Assembly (NCBI GenBank): GCA_030141605.1
Contig: JAQGDQ010000632.1
Location: 1-64,000 of the forward strand
Length of the DNA: 64,000 nucleotides
Direction: 5' to 3'
From: Tubiluchus corallicola
Taxonomy: Eukaryota > Animalia > Priapulida
The stretch's first letter is position 1. Every line of letters starts with the position of its first letter. Below, one piece after another: positions 61,996 to 64,000 of this stretch. The position numbers and the translations under genes were made by a program. Under the pieces are notes generated by a model. It made no database searches. It saw nothing but the letters and a program-made list of their open reading frames with translations, and was not told where the DNA came from.

Positions 61996-63971
61996 TGTAG
62001 TAATGTCATAAGTACATGTGTTCTGAAAAAGAATTGCTTCTCATTTTCACAAAGTGTGTTGTGTGTGTGTTTAGCTTTAGTATTTTAATGATACCCATTT
62101 ATCCCACCTATACAGGGAGGTTTGTTATCGTCAGACATATTAATTTGAGGTGTAAATGACATAGTTCTTACAACTAAGATAAACATTTTAAGAGCAAGTG
62201 CACACGTGTATGTGGGTAAATTGCTTATTTTCATAATAACAAAAATAAATGCTGACCTTTCTAAGAAGTTATAACTGTATCTGGGCTTATGAAATGGATT
62301 CTTGCTTTTGCACTGCTTTTTATCAGCTCTTTACATTATTTAGACAAAATTTATTTTCGTATGGTAAGTTTTACGTTGCTAGATCACTATTAACTGCATA
62401 TTCGTGCTACTAATATATTATTGTGCTATTTGTACTGCATTATAATTCTTAATTATGCTATATTAATTGTACAATGTAATTTTTAGCTTTGAAATTGTCG
62501 AAATTCTTTCAATATGGTGCCAATGCATGTAGTATTACTCTTTTGCTTGCTTGCCAAACTAGTGTCTTGTGAGAAAGAACAAGTTTTGTATTTCACATTC
62601 AGTGCACATATCATTTTCTTATGTGATGTGAATTTATTGGGTTGCTAGGGTAGCTAAGGGAGTATGGTTCACACAACGTGTAAATATGTCATTTTTTTGT
62701 ATAACGTCCTGATTATTTGTAGTGATTTTTGTCTGTGGCTGTTGATGCAACACTTGAAGCGTTGCATCACTGTGTTGTACCATATACAGCTGCTGAATCT
62801 ATTATTTGTTGTGATTCTCTCAATTTGTACAATTTGGTAATTGGCACTATTTGGTAGGTTGTATACAGTTGTTTCATTGTTTTTATGTCTGGGTAATGCA
62901 TACTACAAAATCTACTTGTACAGTTGCACTGTGTATTTTAAGGAGATTAGCTATGAAATGGGGGTTTTCCTGTATTTTTTGTAACAATCAAAGTAGAATA
63001 TTGTTCTGTAAAGATATGTTTTTCTGATTTGTTTATATCTTATTTTTTCATATTATTATTACAGACATTGTGCTGTTTTCTATATTTATGTATTATACAT
63101 ATTTTTCATTTTTACTTTTGATTTTGGTTGTTAATCGTTGATTTTCAACCTTGATGCTTGTATGCTTGCTTAATTTTTGATGAATGAATCAAATGTGTGC
63201 CCTGCATTTATCTGTTACTCATGTGGCGTGTACAATGTCCCTGTAGAAGCTTAGTACAATTGTCCAGTTATGACAAATGTCCATTTAGTGTAGAAATTGG
63301 TGTTCTTTAATCCAATTTGTAGCGATTTGTTGCGCAAAATAATTTCTTTCATCTTATTCTCTGTCTGTAGCTCATTTAGTACTTCTCCTTGTTGGTGATT
63401 TGCTAATCACTGCCAATTAATTAAATCTATTTATGTCTTTGAAGTATTACTGTACAGTAGCTAAAATGTGCTTCACAGTTTCTGTGATTGGTAACCACAA
63501 TGCGTTTGGATTTAATTTGCATTACATTATTATTATTCTATCCTTTGGCACTCTGTATTACAGATCATGAAGGTAAGTACTCTGCCACTCTACTGTCATT
63601 TTTGTAGTCTTGAAGACTGTCAGTGCTATCATCTGATATTACAACCTGTGTGAGCAAGTAGTCTGCTACTGACTGTCATTTTTGTAGTCTTGAAGATTGT
63701 CAGTGCTGTCATCTGATTTTACAACTCGTGAAAGCAAGTACTCTGCTACTGACTGTCATTTTTGTAGTCTTGAAGACTGCAGTGCTGTCATCTGGTTTTA
63801 CAGTTTGTCGTTTTATTTCATTGTGCCTTTATCGAATCTAAATAGTATTAATATGTGCTTTTGGATTTGATCCATTCCAGTATACGTCCGTCTACTGTGC
63901 CTTTTTATAATGAACCACAGATCAAACAGCCGTGCCATTATATTTTATGTACTTATATGTATAAAAATAAA
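61996..63971 (+). other. Probable long U-rich 3' UTR of Lar
   Basis: Strong T skew on the plus strand; AATAAA candidates near 62244 and 63966; true end unknown. Confidence 0.45.
63575..63802. repeat. Tandem repeat, about 80 bp unit, 3 copies
   Basis: actgtcatttttgtagtcttgaaga.tg(t)cagtgct occurs three times. Confidence 0.88.
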
Positions 63972-64000
63972 CAGGCATTTGCTATTAATTTTATGGTTTT

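Overview
AT-rich, repeat-rich genomic DNA from an animal, probably an invertebrate; it is not prokaryotic. Minus strand: the first two coding exons of CASK/LIN-2 (28686-28744 and 13265-13377), separated by a ~15.3 kb intron. The gene appears to continue past the left edge of the window. Plus strand, diverging from CASK: a complete LAR-type (type IIa) receptor tyrosine phosphatase whose ~1916-aa CDS is one uninterrupted exon (56245-61995). Upstream of it is a second single-exon gene (45268-46290) that looks like a duplicate of only the LAR signal peptide and Ig1-3, ending in a GPI-signal-like tail: a candidate phosphatase-less decoy or co-receptor. Between CASK and this pair is a near full-length CR1/L2-type LINE with an esterase ORF1 and an ORF2 carrying a hydrophobic leader, a 2A-like NPGP motif, APE and RT, with one frameshift. 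The rest is tandem arrays, microsatellites, truncated LINEs and MITEs. All calls were made by reading the sequence; no searches were run.
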